From Patescibacteria group bacterium (lineage in GTDB: Bacteria; Patescibacteriota; UBA1384; XYA2-FULL-43-10; 1-14-0-10-43-13), in assembly GCA_041674765.1 (NCBI GenBank), contig JBAYVE010000001.1, positions 198,177 to 262,176 on the forward strand: a DNA stretch of 64,000 bases, given 5' to 3'. This document shows positions 37,617 to 48,355 of the stretch, piece after piece; positions within the stretch are counted from its first letter, which is position 1; every line of letters begins with the position of its first letter. Below the pieces are notes generated by a model. It was not told where the DNA came from and searched no databases. It worked only from the letters and a program-made list of their open reading frames with translations. Position numbers and translations under genes: made by a program.

Positions 37617-38625
37617 GATAATTTTTCTCTTACTTATTTTTTTCTTTTTCCCTATTTTGAATATTGGATACGCAAAGTATTCTGATCCGAAAGGGAAGAA
37701 TACTATTCAGGAGAGTAGTAAACTTTCGGGCAAGGGAATGCAGATCCGAAGCATCGATACCCAGATAGTTTCTAAACATTGGGAGAATGTTGATGAAAAC
37801 GATATCAAGGAGCAGGTCTTGATGATCAAAAATCTGGGAGCCAATTATATCGCTGTTAGCACTCCCTATGACAATCCCGCTACCTTGAAACTATGGGCCG
37901 ATTCAATACATAATGCAGGCCTAAATGTTTGGTTTCGTTCTCATTGGCTTGATTGGGAAGGTGATAATAACCATCAATCTGTAATGAAAGTCGAGGACTA
38001 CTTAAAAAAGACCGGTGATTTTATCCAAGCTAATCCGGCGTTCTTCCGCCAGGGGGATGCATTCACCGTTTGCGTCGAGCCCGAGCAGGTCTTCACCGCC
38101 AGAAAAATCCAAGTTTTTGATTGGTACGGCTATAATAAATTTGTTATTGATCAAATTGATATTGCCAATGCCTCGTTTACAGAGATTGGACTTTCCGGTC
38201 AAATTCATACCAATTGGATTTCTATGAACGGTTGGGTCGTTGAAAACGGTCTGTCGCAAGAAGCAGTTGATAAAATGGGGTTGATCACCGTTGATCATTA
38301 TTCCAATGAAAAAACAATTGTGCCTCCTGCCGTTTTGGCGGATAAGATGGCTTCGGATCTTGAGAGAATGTATGAAAAATGGCAGAAGCCGATAATATTG
38401 GGTGAATGGGGCTATAACATCGAGCAGGAAGTCGATGATTATACCCAAAAACAAACTGTTGAGGAAACGCTTAATCGTCTGTCAAATTTAAGATTCTTGG
38501 TAGGTATAAATTACTGGGATCATATGGGCAACTCATCCAGGCTAATTAATGATGTTGACGGAGTACGCCTCGAATACCGTCCTTCAGCATTGACTGTCAG
38601 AGATTTTTTTCAAAGCAAAAAATAG
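37567..38625 (+). CDS. membrane-anchored putative glycoside hydrolase (clan-A-like TIM barrel)
   Basis: CVEPE and ILGEWG candidate catalytic glutamates; paralogous to domains in 39268 and 42367 ORFs. Confidence 0.65.
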   Translation: MIRSQSAKNLRKSKSFRIIFLLLIFFFFPILNIGYAKYSDPKGKNTIQESSKLSGKGMQIRSIDTQIVSKHWENVDENDIKEQVLMIKNLGANYIAVSTPYDNPATLKLWADSIHNAGLNVWFRSHWLDWEGDNNHQSVMKVEDYLKKTGDFIQANPAFFRQGDAFTVCVEPEQVFTARKIQVFDWYGYNKFVIDQIDIANASFTEIGLSGQIHTNWISMNGWVVENGLSQEAVDKMGLITVDHYSNEKTIVPPAVLADKMASDLERMYEKWQKPIILGEWGYNIEQEVDDYTQKQTVEETLNRLSNLRFLVGINYWDHMGNSSRLINDVDGVRLEYRPSALTVRDFFQSKK

Positions 38626-38768
38626 TTCTCTAACCCCTCTTGAGACTTTATTAATTTTGTTTCTAATAAGGAGTTTTTTGTTATGTAAACAAATTTTTTT
38701 GCCAAAGAAACTAGTCTTCTAAAGGATTAATATTGGTCCAATTTAACCTTTGGAAGGAGGTGGAAAAA

Positions 38769-39071
38769 GTGAAATATCTAATATTAAGTGTGGTCCTAGC
38801 TTTGACAATGGGTGCCGGTGGATCAATTGCCTTCACATTGCCAACTGTTCTACAAAAAGCAGAGAATAACCCAAATAGAGTTGCTTATTATAAAACTGGA
38901 ATTCATGGTATTCCTGATCGTCCGGGGATCGTTCATAAAGGCGAGGATTCTGATGACTTTGTCCTGATTCCAGACGCAAGAGAGAACGGTTGGGGAGATT
39001 ATCTGACTCCCGGTGCTGATTATTGTGCGAAATCAAACGATTTGGCAGTCGAGAATATACCTGGGTTTTAA
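38769..39071 (+). CDS. secreted protein, internally deleted paralog of 44610..45110
   Basis: YYKTGIHGI..HKGED..DARENGWGDYL.PG.DYC. Confidence 0.65.
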   Translation: MKYLILSVVLALTMGAGGSIAFTLPTVLQKAENNPNRVAYYKTGIHGIPDRPGIVHKGEDSDDFVLIPDARENGWGDYLTPGADYCAKSNDLAVENIPGF

Positions 39072-39267
39072 TAGAAAATTTGTCTTGCAGAAATGTCCGG
39101 AGATGATGTCAAAGGGCATTTCTGAATGGCAACAATCTTTAACTTTAAACAATATAGGAGTTTCATCTTAAAAACTACTCCGTTGTAGAGTAGTTTTTAA
39201 GGGTTTACATGACTCGTTTCCCCTCGGCCATCTGCCCCGATGGATATTGGGGCAGATGAGCCGAAAG

Positions 39268-41451
39268 TTAAATATAGTATTGTTTTATTATATTCGCGAT
39301 CGGTCGTGGAGTGTAATCCAGGAGATTGGCTGTATCAAAGAGTCTTGAGGCATGTCCGACATCAATCCAATAGTTCATTCCGATAATATAGCCTCTGGCC
39401 GAGAATTCTTTCAGAACTGCTGCCGCTAGTTCTGCTTGGTGATTTGGATCCATACTTTGGTTGAATGTTGAATAGCCCCATTCTCCGGCCATCATCGGCA
39501 CTTTCCACTTATTATAATATTCATCATAGCCATAGAAACCGTTACCATTACCTTTGAAGAGGGCATTTACATAGGTGCCGGTATCATCTGTCCAGTCAAT
39601 AATATGATCCAAGGTTAATTGGCCAATCACGTTGACAGTAGCCTGATCAAGCACATTCCAGGCGACCCAACCATTCATGTTGATCCAATTAGTCTTTATC
39701 TTGCCGCCAAGCCCAATTTGGCTGAATGCTTCGTTGGCATAGATGACCTGATTTCTGGTAAACGCTCTCCAGCTTTCCCAACCGGTGAAAGCACCGTGGT
39801 CGATTCCAGTCCACCAGGCGGCGTTTTCAGATTCAACACACATTGTGAATGCATCGCCTGCTCGGAATAATTCTGGGTGATCTAGAATAAATTGTTTTGT
39901 TCTTTTCAAATATTCGATATTGGTAATACCATTTTTTATCTCAGGCTTTTCCCAACTATCCCATTCATCCCAGTGGGCCCGAAACCATACATTTAGTCCC
40001 TCGGAATGAATGATGTCGGCCCATTTCCTCATTAACGGATAATTATTGTAATTGATACTGATCGCAATTTGTTTTGCACCGATTGCTTTATCAGCCAGTA
40101 CCAAGCGACGGATCTGATTATCATCTGAAATAGCCCAGTATTTACTCATAACCTGACTATCGATGGATTGTGCCTGCCATTTAGAATTGGTGGGAGGTAT
40201 TACTACAGCCGGCACAAGAATTGTGATGGCGTTCGAGAAATCTGAAACCTTGGAACCATCAGTTGCTTTTATTTGATATTGGTAATTATTACCAGCTGAA
40301 ATATTGGTGTCCGTATAAGAGGAGTTACTCACCCGAGCAATTTCGTTTCCATTTCTGTAAATAATGTATGACGGACCGGAACCATTCCAGGTCAGTAATA
40401 TTTTATCATTATTATAGTTTGCGTTTAGGCTACTCGGGGTTGTCAGATCGGTGATTGGAGCCGGAACTGTATTGCCAGTGAGAGTTACATTATCGATATT
40501 ATAGGTACCCGGGAGGTAGTTCCAAAAACGAAAGGAGAGTGACGCGATTCCGTTATTATTATCCAACCCCGGGAATTCGGAGAGGCCGATTTTCACATGC
40601 TGCCAGACTGAAATACCATTGGTTACCTTATTCTTTAATGATACCATTCTGGTTCCGCCTTGATCGAAAGAGACTATCGCTGCATCGCCCGAAAGTAGAT
40701 AGGCGCCATTTAAATTCAAATCGAATTCTATGGTCTGATAACCTTTAAGAACCGGAGAATTTATAATTTTCTTCGTAGAGGCATCACCATTGGCAGGGTT
40801 TTGAAGTTGCAATGCTTCGCTATTATTGTTGCCCCTATCAAAACCGTTCAATCCGTTATCAAAATTAGCGATTATGTACCCAGATGCTGGTGTGGTGGGC
40901 GGTGTCACCGGGGGAATAACAGGGGGCGTTATTGGGGGGGTGATTGATTTGTTCGAAACTTTGATATTATCAAAATAATAATCACCGGCAGTATAGTTCC
41001 AGAGTCTAAGCGTCATTGAAGCGATGCCTTGACTAGTATTTAGACCGGCAAAATCAGACAACGGAATGGTCACATGTTGCCAGCTGTTCTGACTGTTGTT
41101 GACATATTTTTTGAGCGGCACCATCTTCCAGCCACCCTGGTCAAAAATAATTCCGGAAGCGTCTCCATCCAGAATAGTTGAACCATTTAAATTTACATCC
41201 ATCTCCAAAGTTGTCCAACCGTTTAAAAAGCGGTTGTTGAAAACCTTCGTCGCACCCACAGAGTCGTTGGCACTGTTATGCAAGGACAGAGCCTTGCTTG
41301 AACTAAAACCAGCCGCCAGACTCCCGTTGTTCCATCCTTCCAAAGTGTTCGTTTCAAAATCAGCAATCTTTGACTCCGCTGCACTGGCAAAGATTGGATT
41401 TAGGAACAGAACAGAGGCAAGGATTAATAAAGCCAAAGAGAGTTTCTTCAT
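39268..41451 (-). CDS. secreted 2x CBM-like + FN3 + putative glycoside hydrolase
   Basis: Signal peptide; FDQGG..WQHVxIPLSDF modules; Pro linker; FN3; MCVESE/MAGEWG domain. Confidence 0.75.
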   Translation of the reverse strand: MKKLSLALLILASVLFLNPIFASAAESKIADFETNTLEGWNNGSLAAGFSSSKALSLHNSANDSVGATKVFNNRFLNGWTTLEMDVNLNGSTILDGDASGIIFDQGGWKMVPLKKYVNNSQNSWQHVTIPLSDFAGLNTSQGIASMTLRLWNYTAGDYYFDNIKVSNKSITPPITPPVIPPVTPPTTPASGYIIANFDNGLNGFDRGNNNSEALQLQNPANGDASTKKIINSPVLKGYQTIEFDLNLNGAYLLSGDAAIVSFDQGGTRMVSLKNKVTNGISVWQHVKIGLSEFPGLDNNNGIASLSFRFWNYLPGTYNIDNVTLTGNTVPAPITDLTTPSSLNANYNNDKILLTWNGSGPSYIIYRNGNEIARVSNSSYTDTNISAGNNYQYQIKATDGSKVSDFSNAITILVPAVVIPPTNSKWQAQSIDSQVMSKYWAISDDNQIRRLVLADKAIGAKQIAISINYNNYPLMRKWADIIHSEGLNVWFRAHWDEWDSWEKPEIKNGITNIEYLKRTKQFILDHPELFRAGDAFTMCVESENAAWWTGIDHGAFTGWESWRAFTRNQVIYANEAFSQIGLGGKIKTNWINMNGWVAWNVLDQATVNVIGQLTLDHIIDWTDDTGTYVNALFKGNGNGFYGYDEYYNKWKVPMMAGEWGYSTFNQSMDPNHQAELAAAVLKEFSARGYIIGMNYWIDVGHASRLFDTANLLDYTPRPIANIIKQYYI

Positions 41452-41612
41452 TTGTAGCACCTCTTGTTATTAATGATTTCTAGATCGATTATATGCTTGC
41501 CGAGCACTACTTTTCTTTGGCGAAAAATGCAAAAAGGGTCTTTATAAACTGTGATTAATCAAAAGAAACATATAAAACTACCTTTTCTTTGCGAGAGTAG
41601 TATAATGAATAT

Positions 41613-42239
41613 ATGAAAAGATTAATGAGTTTCTTTTTTATCGCACTTGTAGCTGCGGCTGTGATTGGAGGATTTACATATTTTTATATTGAGTCCAAAT
41701 CTGAAAAGGAGTTGGTGAAACTTCAGGTTGAGATCAACCGACTCAAGGTAAAAATTGATCCTGTCTCGGAGGATGAAGATTTGGCAATCGATCTCTCCGG
41801 CTGGCAAACCTTTGCAAATAAAACAGCCGCTTATGAGGTAAAAACACCGCCAGATTGGCAGGTAAATAGTCGAAATATGCAGACAGTGACATTAAATAGC
41901 CCTGATCATGAGAAGCTACGAGGTATTACAGACGAGGGATATGTCGAGGATATAGTAATCAGACACTATAAAGATATCGCTCAGGCCGCTGTGGCTTTAG
42001 CCAGCCCGGCTAAGGACCTGGGAGAATTAGCAGCTGATAGCAAAATGTTTGTTTCTTCAACGAAGACGACTATATCAAAGAATTTGGCCTATGGTGTAAT
42101 AGCCAAGGAAACAAATGCCTATATAGTATTTTGTGAGAATATGGGTCACATTTATAGTCTAGCTTTTGGCAACCGGCCGAGTGAGGACGAGTTAAATGCT
42201 ACAGAGAGAGCAATTCTTGACAGTTTTGTATTCATGTAA
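41613..42239 (+). CDS. membrane-anchored PsbP-like/hypothetical protein
   Basis: TM + coiled coil + GWQTFAN..YEVKTPPDW; N-terminus like 46310..47251. Confidence 0.65.
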   Translation: MKRLMSFFFIALVAAAVIGGFTYFYIESKSEKELVKLQVEINRLKVKIDPVSEDEDLAIDLSGWQTFANKTAAYEVKTPPDWQVNSRNMQTVTLNSPDHEKLRGITDEGYVEDIVIRHYKDIAQAAVALASPAKDLGELAADSKMFVSSTKTTISKNLAYGVIAKETNAYIVFCENMGHIYSLAFGNRPSEDELNATERAILDSFVFM

Positions 42240-42366
42240 AAAGGAAAGATTTCCTTTGGACGATTAAGTGGGATGGAACGCTTGAACAACAGAAACCTTC
42301 ACGAATTAAAATAGATATAAAAAATGCCTCCAGCTTTTACTGCCGGAGGCATTTTTGTAGATCTGA

Positions 42367-44346
42367 TTATTTTAGCACGTAGGTAATATTATCAATATTG
42401 TAACTCGCGGCGTGGTCGTTCCAGAAACGGAAGCCGATACTGGCAAGGCCTGATTGCTTATTCAAACCGGCAAAATCAGATAGTGGGATCGACACATGTT
42501 GCCAGCCGTTTAAGCCATTCTTGACATATTTTTCCAGACTTACCCATTTCCAGCCGCCTTGATCGAAGTATAGAGCAGAGGCGTCACCGGGAAGGATCTT
42601 GTTGCCTTTCAAATTAATATCCAACTCGATATAGTTATAGTTTCCGATCTTGGCATCATTCAAATCCTTTTTTGATCCGTTGCTGCCGTTGATTGGATTG
42701 CTAATCTCGAGTGAGTAATTCGAATTATTTCCCTCTGTCAGTCTGCCGCCGACAAAACCGTTCATACCTGATTCAAAATTTGCAAGGATTGAAGATGCTG
42801 CAGGATCAGTTTCGCCAGTTGGAGGAGTTGTTGCCAAATTCGCAGAGCCAAGCGAAACATTATCGATATCATAGTTGCCCGCATTTATATTCCAGAATCT
42901 GACTCCAAGAAAAGCCGCCTCTGTTCCGTTAAGTTTAAAGTCACTGATTGGAACAGAAATGTGCTGCCAGCCGCTTTGTCCGTTTTGAACATAATTGGCA
43001 AGGGAGACGTATTTCCAGCCACCCTGGTCAAAATAAAGTGCTGAAGCATCACCAGGTAAGATTTTGTTGCCGTTTAGGTTTATATCCATTTCCACTTTAT
43101 CGTAGCCTGATAACGAAATGTTGGATATATTTTTCTTGGCGCCGTTACTACCATCTGCAGGATTCGAAATTCGGAGCGCCCCGCCCGAATTGTTGCCGGC
43201 GATAATTGATCCGGCATCCCAACCATTAAGGCCATTTTCAAAATCAGAGATTATTTTTGTTCCAATCGGTGCCGGAGTTGGTGCCGGTGTCGGAGTTGGT
43301 GCCGGCGCTATACTGCCAGAATAGTATGATTTTATCACATCGGCTGCCGGACGCATTGTGGTCGGCGTGCCACTATTATCATTTATGATACGGGTTTGGT
43401 TACCCATATGATCCCAGTAAGACACTCCCATAATGTAGGATTTCGAAGCGAACACATAATAGACGGCCTCTGTGGCCTGCTTTTGCAGATCGTTTGAAAC
43501 TTCTCCTCCAATATGATATCCCCATTCGCCAATCATAATCGGTTTTTGCCATTTAGCATAGAAACGATCTAAATCTCCGCTCATATCAGAAGCTAGTTTG
43601 GCAACAGGAGTTGGGTTTGAAGGATCGCCCTGTGGCGAATAATGATCAGGAGTGATTAGCCCCATTTTATCGACTGTCGCTTGGGTCAAAGCATTCTCAA
43701 TAATCCAACCATTCATCGAAAGCCAGTTGGTTTTGATTTGTCCGCCCAAACCTATTTGATTGAAGGCGGCGTTTGACTCGTCGATCTCCTGAACTAAAAA
43801 TCTGTTGTAAGCATTCCAGTCGGCAAATGCTCCTGGATTGACTCCTGCATTTTCAGCTTCGACCGACATTGTAAATGAATCGCCTGATTTGAAGAACGAA
43901 GGATGATCAATTATGAATTGCTTTGTTTTGATAACATATTGGTCTGGTGTCATGTTTTTGGGCTGACCCTCGTCGCCTTCCCAATTTAACCAGTGTGAAC
44001 GGAACCAAACATTTAGGCCCGCATCGTGGATTGAAGTGGTCCATTTTTCCATCTCCTCCGGACGGTCATACGGAGTGCCGATGGCGATATAATTGACTCC
44101 AAGACCCTTGAGCATTTGTACTTGTTGATCTATCGAATTCTGCGGCACGTTATTCCAGCATTTGCTGATTATTTGCGTGTCAACGCTTTTTACCTGCCAG
44201 TTTGCTCCTGCCGCTTCAACCGTTTTTGACGGGGAGAAAGCAATTGCGAAAAAGGTTGCGAATGGGAGCATCAGAAAAAGCATCAAGATACTAATCGCTT
44301 TTGTCAGACTCTTTCTCGAACCTTTATATTTTGTGGAATTCTCCAT
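42367..44346 (-). CDS. secreted putative glycoside hydrolase + PT linker + 2x CBM-like
   Basis: MSVEAE/MIGEWG domain; PAPTPTPAPTP; two LYFDQGGWK modules. Confidence 0.75.
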   Translation of the reverse strand: MENSTKYKGSRKSLTKAISILMLFLMLPFATFFAIAFSPSKTVEAAGANWQVKSVDTQIISKCWNNVPQNSIDQQVQMLKGLGVNYIAIGTPYDRPEEMEKWTTSIHDAGLNVWFRSHWLNWEGDEGQPKNMTPDQYVIKTKQFIIDHPSFFKSGDSFTMSVEAENAGVNPGAFADWNAYNRFLVQEIDESNAAFNQIGLGGQIKTNWLSMNGWIIENALTQATVDKMGLITPDHYSPQGDPSNPTPVAKLASDMSGDLDRFYAKWQKPIMIGEWGYHIGGEVSNDLQKQATEAVYYVFASKSYIMGVSYWDHMGNQTRIINDNSGTPTTMRPAADVIKSYYSGSIAPAPTPTPAPTPAPIGTKIISDFENGLNGWDAGSIIAGNNSGGALRISNPADGSNGAKKNISNISLSGYDKVEMDINLNGNKILPGDASALYFDQGGWKYVSLANYVQNGQSGWQHISVPISDFKLNGTEAAFLGVRFWNINAGNYDIDNVSLGSANLATTPPTGETDPAASSILANFESGMNGFVGGRLTEGNNSNYSLEISNPINGSNGSKKDLNDAKIGNYNYIELDINLKGNKILPGDASALYFDQGGWKWVSLEKYVKNGLNGWQHVSIPLSDFAGLNKQSGLASIGFRFWNDHAASYNIDNITYVLK

Positions 44347-44609
44347 AAATTTCTCCTATTAATGACCTCTTTTTGTGAGAGGTGATAACGGAGTATAAGG
44401 CCGGAGGGTATCAAAGTCAAGCAAGAAAACAATGGGAAGATTACAAATTTAAAGACTTTAGAAAAGTAACAAATATTCTTTGTTTATGATAAATCTGCTT
44501 ATTCTGAACCGTATTATTAATAGTTCCTTTGTCTGGTTATCCAGTGTTTTAAGTGCTAGTTCCGTCTATATTCTTAGGTAAGTAATCAAACGGAAAGGAG
44601 GTGAAATAA

Positions 44610-45110
44610 ATGAAGTATCTAATTGGAATTTTCTTTGCGCTCGGAATGATGTTTGTGGCCACACCAAAGGCATCTGCTGCGACTTCATCTGCGGTTGATA
44701 ATTTCTTTCAGAATAAACTAGAGAAGTACGAAGGTCATATCCTTGCCTATTACACAGACGGGCTTCATGGTATTGTCGGAGAATCGGGAATAACACATGA
44801 GGGCATCGATCTTGTTGTCGAAGTTTCTCACGGTTGTAAGAAGGTAATCAAGCAATGGTTTTGGGGCACTTCCGACACAGAGGGTCTGCATGGCGAGAAA
44901 AGTGTATGGAGAGAAGTCGGTTTGGACGCGAAAAAATGCTTGAAGAGCGAAGTATTGGTTAAGGACGCAAAAGAGAACGGTTGGGGTGATTATTTGAAGC
45001 CGGGGATGGATTATTGTGTTAAAACAACCAATTTTAGCATCAAGGATAAAAATCAGAAAGATTTCAAATGGAAAAATAAGCTAAATCATTGGGATTGGGA
45101 CAGGAGATAG
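44610..45110 (+). CDS. secreted hypothetical protein
   Basis: RBS aggaggtg, signal peptide, bidirectional terminator 45120-45161. Confidence 0.8.
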   Translation: MKYLIGIFFALGMMFVATPKASAATSSAVDNFFQNKLEKYEGHILAYYTDGLHGIVGESGITHEGIDLVVEVSHGCKKVIKQWFWGTSDTEGLHGEKSVWREVGLDAKKCLKSEVLVKDAKENGWGDYLKPGMDYCVKTTNFSIKDKNQKDFKWKNKLNHWDWDRR

Positions 45111-45257
45111 TTTTCTTGTCATTACAAAAAAAGGCTCCTAAAGGAGCCTTTTTTTGTAATGAATTATCAGAACTATTTTGTATAATAATCGCCATAGCAA
45201 ATAGAATAGACAAACCAGATACCGATAATTATGGCAATTATTGTTTCTAACATATAA

Positions 45258-45671
45258 TTATTTCTCCTCTTCCTCTTCTAGATCGATCATATTTCGACAG
45301 ACATCGGCGCAATTTCGGCAAGCCATAGCACAATCCTTCATTTTCTGATCGTTGAAAAATTTCTCACATGATTCGGCGCAGTCATCACATATAAAAGCAC
45401 ACAAACTAAGCATATCTCCTGCATATTCTGAATCGCGTAAGAAAAAATTTTGGGCTATTTTACAGATATCGGCGCAATCCATCAACCACCGGAGGTGATC
45501 TTTTTCAACGAAATCTCCGCCTTGATCGAGACAATGGGTAATTCCGCTAACGCATTCTTCATAACATTGGTCCAGGTTTGCGATCAGATCTCTAGCTGAT
45601 TCGTCCTGCATAATGTCTTCGACAATCTCATCTTTTTCTTCCTCGGCTTCTTTGTTCTCGTCATTATCCAT
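45258..45671 (-). CDS. four-helix-bundle copper-binding protein (DUF326/Csp-like)
   Basis: Repeated CxxxC/CxxC: DCADIC, CAFICDDCAESC, CAMACRNCADVC. Confidence 0.85.
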   Translation of the reverse strand: MDNDENKEAEEEKDEIVEDIMQDESARDLIANLDQCYEECVSGITHCLDQGGDFVEKDHLRWLMDCADICKIAQNFFLRDSEYAGDMLSLCAFICDDCAESCEKFFNDQKMKDCAMACRNCADVCRNMIDLEEEEEK

Positions 45672-45850
45672 AAATCCCTTTTCATTAATAATTATCTTCC
45701 AACTTATTTAAACTTCTTTTGCTCCGGCAAAAAATGTCATAGTTTATAAAAAAGACTACTCGATTGCTTCATTCATCTAACTTTTGAATAAAAAGACGAT
45801 GAAAAGATGGATTCGGAGGACTATCTTCAAATAAATTAAACAAGGATAGT

Positions 45851-46249
45851 ATGGAAAACGTTTTGGAGATTCTTCAAAACAGTCTCAGACACAATCATTT
45901 TCTGAAAGCGATTTATTCATCAAATTTCCAGACAATACTGGATGGGATCGGTCCGTTTACAGTGCTAGCACCGGTTGACGAGGCCTTTTTGAATTTACCG
46001 GACGATGTCTTTAATAAGTTGCTGGAGAATCAAGATCAGTTGAATATGATGGTCGGGCAACATGTTTTTACAGGTCGTTATGATGAAAAAGATCTTCGGG
46101 ATACGGATGAAATAATAACAATGGATAACAAAAACTTGGCGATTGAACTGCATGGCGAAGGGCTAATAGTGGGCGGCGCCAAAATAATTGAGTCCGATAT
46201 TGAATGCTCAAATGGCATCATCCATAGGGTGGATTTAGTGCTATTGTAA
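45851..46249 (+). CDS. fasciclin (FAS1) domain protein
   Basis: GPFTVLAPVDEAF, DIECSNGIIHRVDLVL. Confidence 0.92.
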   Translation: MENVLEILQNSLRHNHFLKAIYSSNFQTILDGIGPFTVLAPVDEAFLNLPDDVFNKLLENQDQLNMMVGQHVFTGRYDEKDLRDTDEIITMDNKNLAIELHGEGLIVGGAKIIESDIECSNGIIHRVDLVLL

Positions 46250-46309
46250 TAGCCTATGGGGTGATATAATAAAGGCAAATAAAGAAAGTAACATTTTGAG
46301 GAGGGGGAG

Positions 46310-47251
46310 ATGAATTTGCATCAATCGTTGTTATCGCTAAAACAAAAGAAGTTCTGGTTAATTCTAGGATTAATTATTATTACCGCCGTAGTTGTTGGCG
46401 GTGGTACTTATTATTTCATTCATACTAAGGCCGATAATGATAAAAATAACCTTCAGGCCCAAATTGATGATTTGAACGGAAAATTATCAAATGCCAATGT
46501 TAATGCAAATACTAATTTAAATATAAATGCAAATAATAACACGAACACAGCACCCGATCCGACCGCTGGTTGGACTGAATTTTCTTTGTCTTTCGCTAAT
46601 GCTGCCATAAAATATCCGGCAAATTGGCCTTCTATTAAGAGGTTGGATGCTCCGGCAGATGAAAACCAGGTGGCTTATTACTCATTCGATAATAATCCAG
46701 AGATCGAATCACCTCAGCGTGCCTTAACAGAATATAATATAGCTGAGTGGGTAAAATCTACTCCAGAGGAAGGTTACCGTTTATATAAAGAGAGGAAGGC
46801 AGAATTATTAAATATAGTAAAAGAGTTATTTGCGACAAGCAGTCTGACTGAAGCGTTAAAAACAAAGTTTAATAATTATAGTCTTGAATTTATGCCTTAT
46901 AGCACAAGAGTGTATGTCGATTATTTCTCAACGGTAGATGAAAAGTCCAAAGGCATTTCAATGATAAATATCCAGGGACAGGATGTTGGGTTAGCTTCAA
47001 CTTACAATGCATTTATTTATAACAGTGAGCATAATATTGTTGTAAGTGCCCGCAAAGAATTATCAGCACCATCAATTGAAAGAATCCGCAGTACAGTTGA
47101 CTACAGTCTTAAAGGAGACCCTTTGGAAAAATCTGGTAAGGACGCTCAGGATTCCTTTGCTAATTTGGTAAAGAATACCCCGAGAAACCAACTTGATTTT
47201 GCAGATCAGATGGATGAGGTAAACAACATACTCAAGTCACTAACATTTTAA
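46310..47251 (+). CDS. membrane-anchored hypothetical protein with Asn-rich linker
   Basis: TM, coiled coil, NANVNANTN linker. Confidence 0.75.
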   Translation: MNLHQSLLSLKQKKFWLILGLIIITAVVVGGGTYYFIHTKADNDKNNLQAQIDDLNGKLSNANVNANTNLNINANNNTNTAPDPTAGWTEFSLSFANAAIKYPANWPSIKRLDAPADENQVAYYSFDNNPEIESPQRALTEYNIAEWVKSTPEEGYRLYKERKAELLNIVKELFATSSLTEALKTKFNNYSLEFMPYSTRVYVDYFSTVDEKSKGISMINIQGQDVGLASTYNAFIYNSEHNIVVSARKELSAPSIERIRSTVDYSLKGDPLEKSGKDAQDSFANLVKNTPRNQLDFADQMDEVNNILKSLTF

Positions 47252-47352
47252 TGACGACCAATAACAGTATTCAACAATTTTGAATATCCCAAAAGCTTGA
47301 CTCTGATATTTGATTTGATCGCTCTTGCGCTGGTTTGGATAGATTTCGGTTG

Positions 47353-47381
47353 TTGACAGTTACACTAAATAATGCTATAGT
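47353..47381 (+). promoter_or_regulatory. sigma70 promoter (extended -10)
   Basis: TTGACA-17-TATAGT with TGn. Confidence 0.7.
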
Positions 47382-47417
47382 TAACGACAACCTAAACCTA
47401 TATGGAGGAGGGCTGTC

Positions 47418-47789
47418 ATGGCTCAACTAGAAATCAGCGGATTCCCTATCCACTATGATTATGAAGACCAGAGGCGGGAAATCGAGGATAAGGTTACTGG
47501 TGTCGTCAACCAGATCTTCGACACACATTTTATGGTCGGTTATTCGAGCGACATACTCCAGTACTCTGGAGTCGGCTGCGTCGTAGTCCGACTTGAAGTG
47601 GACCGGTCGACTGCAAAGCCGGACGTTGCGGACATGCAAACGGCGATCTACGAATTGGGTGTGAATATTTCGAACATCTTACGCCAATCTTTGACGATGT
47701 TCGGGATACACGGTATTGATGGTGTCGTAACGCAAATCGACACAGACACAACTGAAAATGCCTTTCTGCAGGTGATCAAGCTCCGCTAG
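47418..47789 (+). CDS. hypothetical protein
   Basis: RBS ggaggagg, terminator 47801-47828. Confidence 0.7.
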   Translation: MAQLEISGFPIHYDYEDQRREIEDKVTGVVNQIFDTHFMVGYSSDILQYSGVGCVVVRLEVDRSTAKPDVADMQTAIYELGVNISNILRQSLTMFGIHGIDGVVTQIDTDTTENAFLQVIKLR

Positions 47790-47866
47790 CAGCCGTTAGA
47801 CAGGCCTTCCGAGTATTCGGGAGGCCTGCATTTATAGTTTTAAGATATTGGTGTTATAATTGATCT

Positions 47867-48355
47867 ATGGTTTCGATTCTGATTTTTATATTTCTTTTGG
47901 TTTTGCTCCTTTTGGGACTGCTGGGAGTAATTTTGCCGATGCTTCCAGGCATTCCCCTGATGTTCTTGACGGTGCTGCTTTACGCTATTTTCGATCATTT
48001 CGATCGGATTACGGTTACAAATATTGTTATACTCGGCATCTTTACAGCTCTATCTATATTAACCGACTACGCCTCAGGAATCCTTGGCGCCAAATTTTTC
48101 GGGGCATCGAAACAGGGGATGATTGGCGGCCTCATCGGTGGTATTGCCGGCTTATTTATCTTTCCGCCGTTTGGAATTTTTATCGGGTTATTTTTGGGCG
48201 TCATAGCATCAGAACTATTGCTTACTGGCAAAAAGATAAATCGTGCGATAAAATCAGGTGCCGGAGCCTTGCTCGGATCACTCGCCGGAATCTTAACAAA
48301 CTTTTTGGTCGGGTTGATATTTATTATCTATTTTATCTTTGGCTTTTGGCGATGA
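47867..48355 (+). CDS. DUF456 membrane protein
   Basis: GVILPMLPGIPL, GAKFFGASK, GG-rich TMs. Confidence 0.88.
   Translation: MVSILIFIFLLVLLLLGLLGVILPMLPGIPLMFLTVLLYAIFDHFDRITVTNIVILGIFTALSILTDYASGILGAKFFGASKQGMIGGLIGGIAGLFIFPPFGIFIGLFLGVIASELLLTGKKINRAIKSGAGALLGSLAGILTNFLVGLIFIIYFIFGFWR

Noticed and set aside
47860-48351. N-terminal 164 aa of the 858-aa ORF
   Set aside because: Shadow frame of DUF456 (47867..48355); the real start is the ATGA-coupled ATG at 48352.
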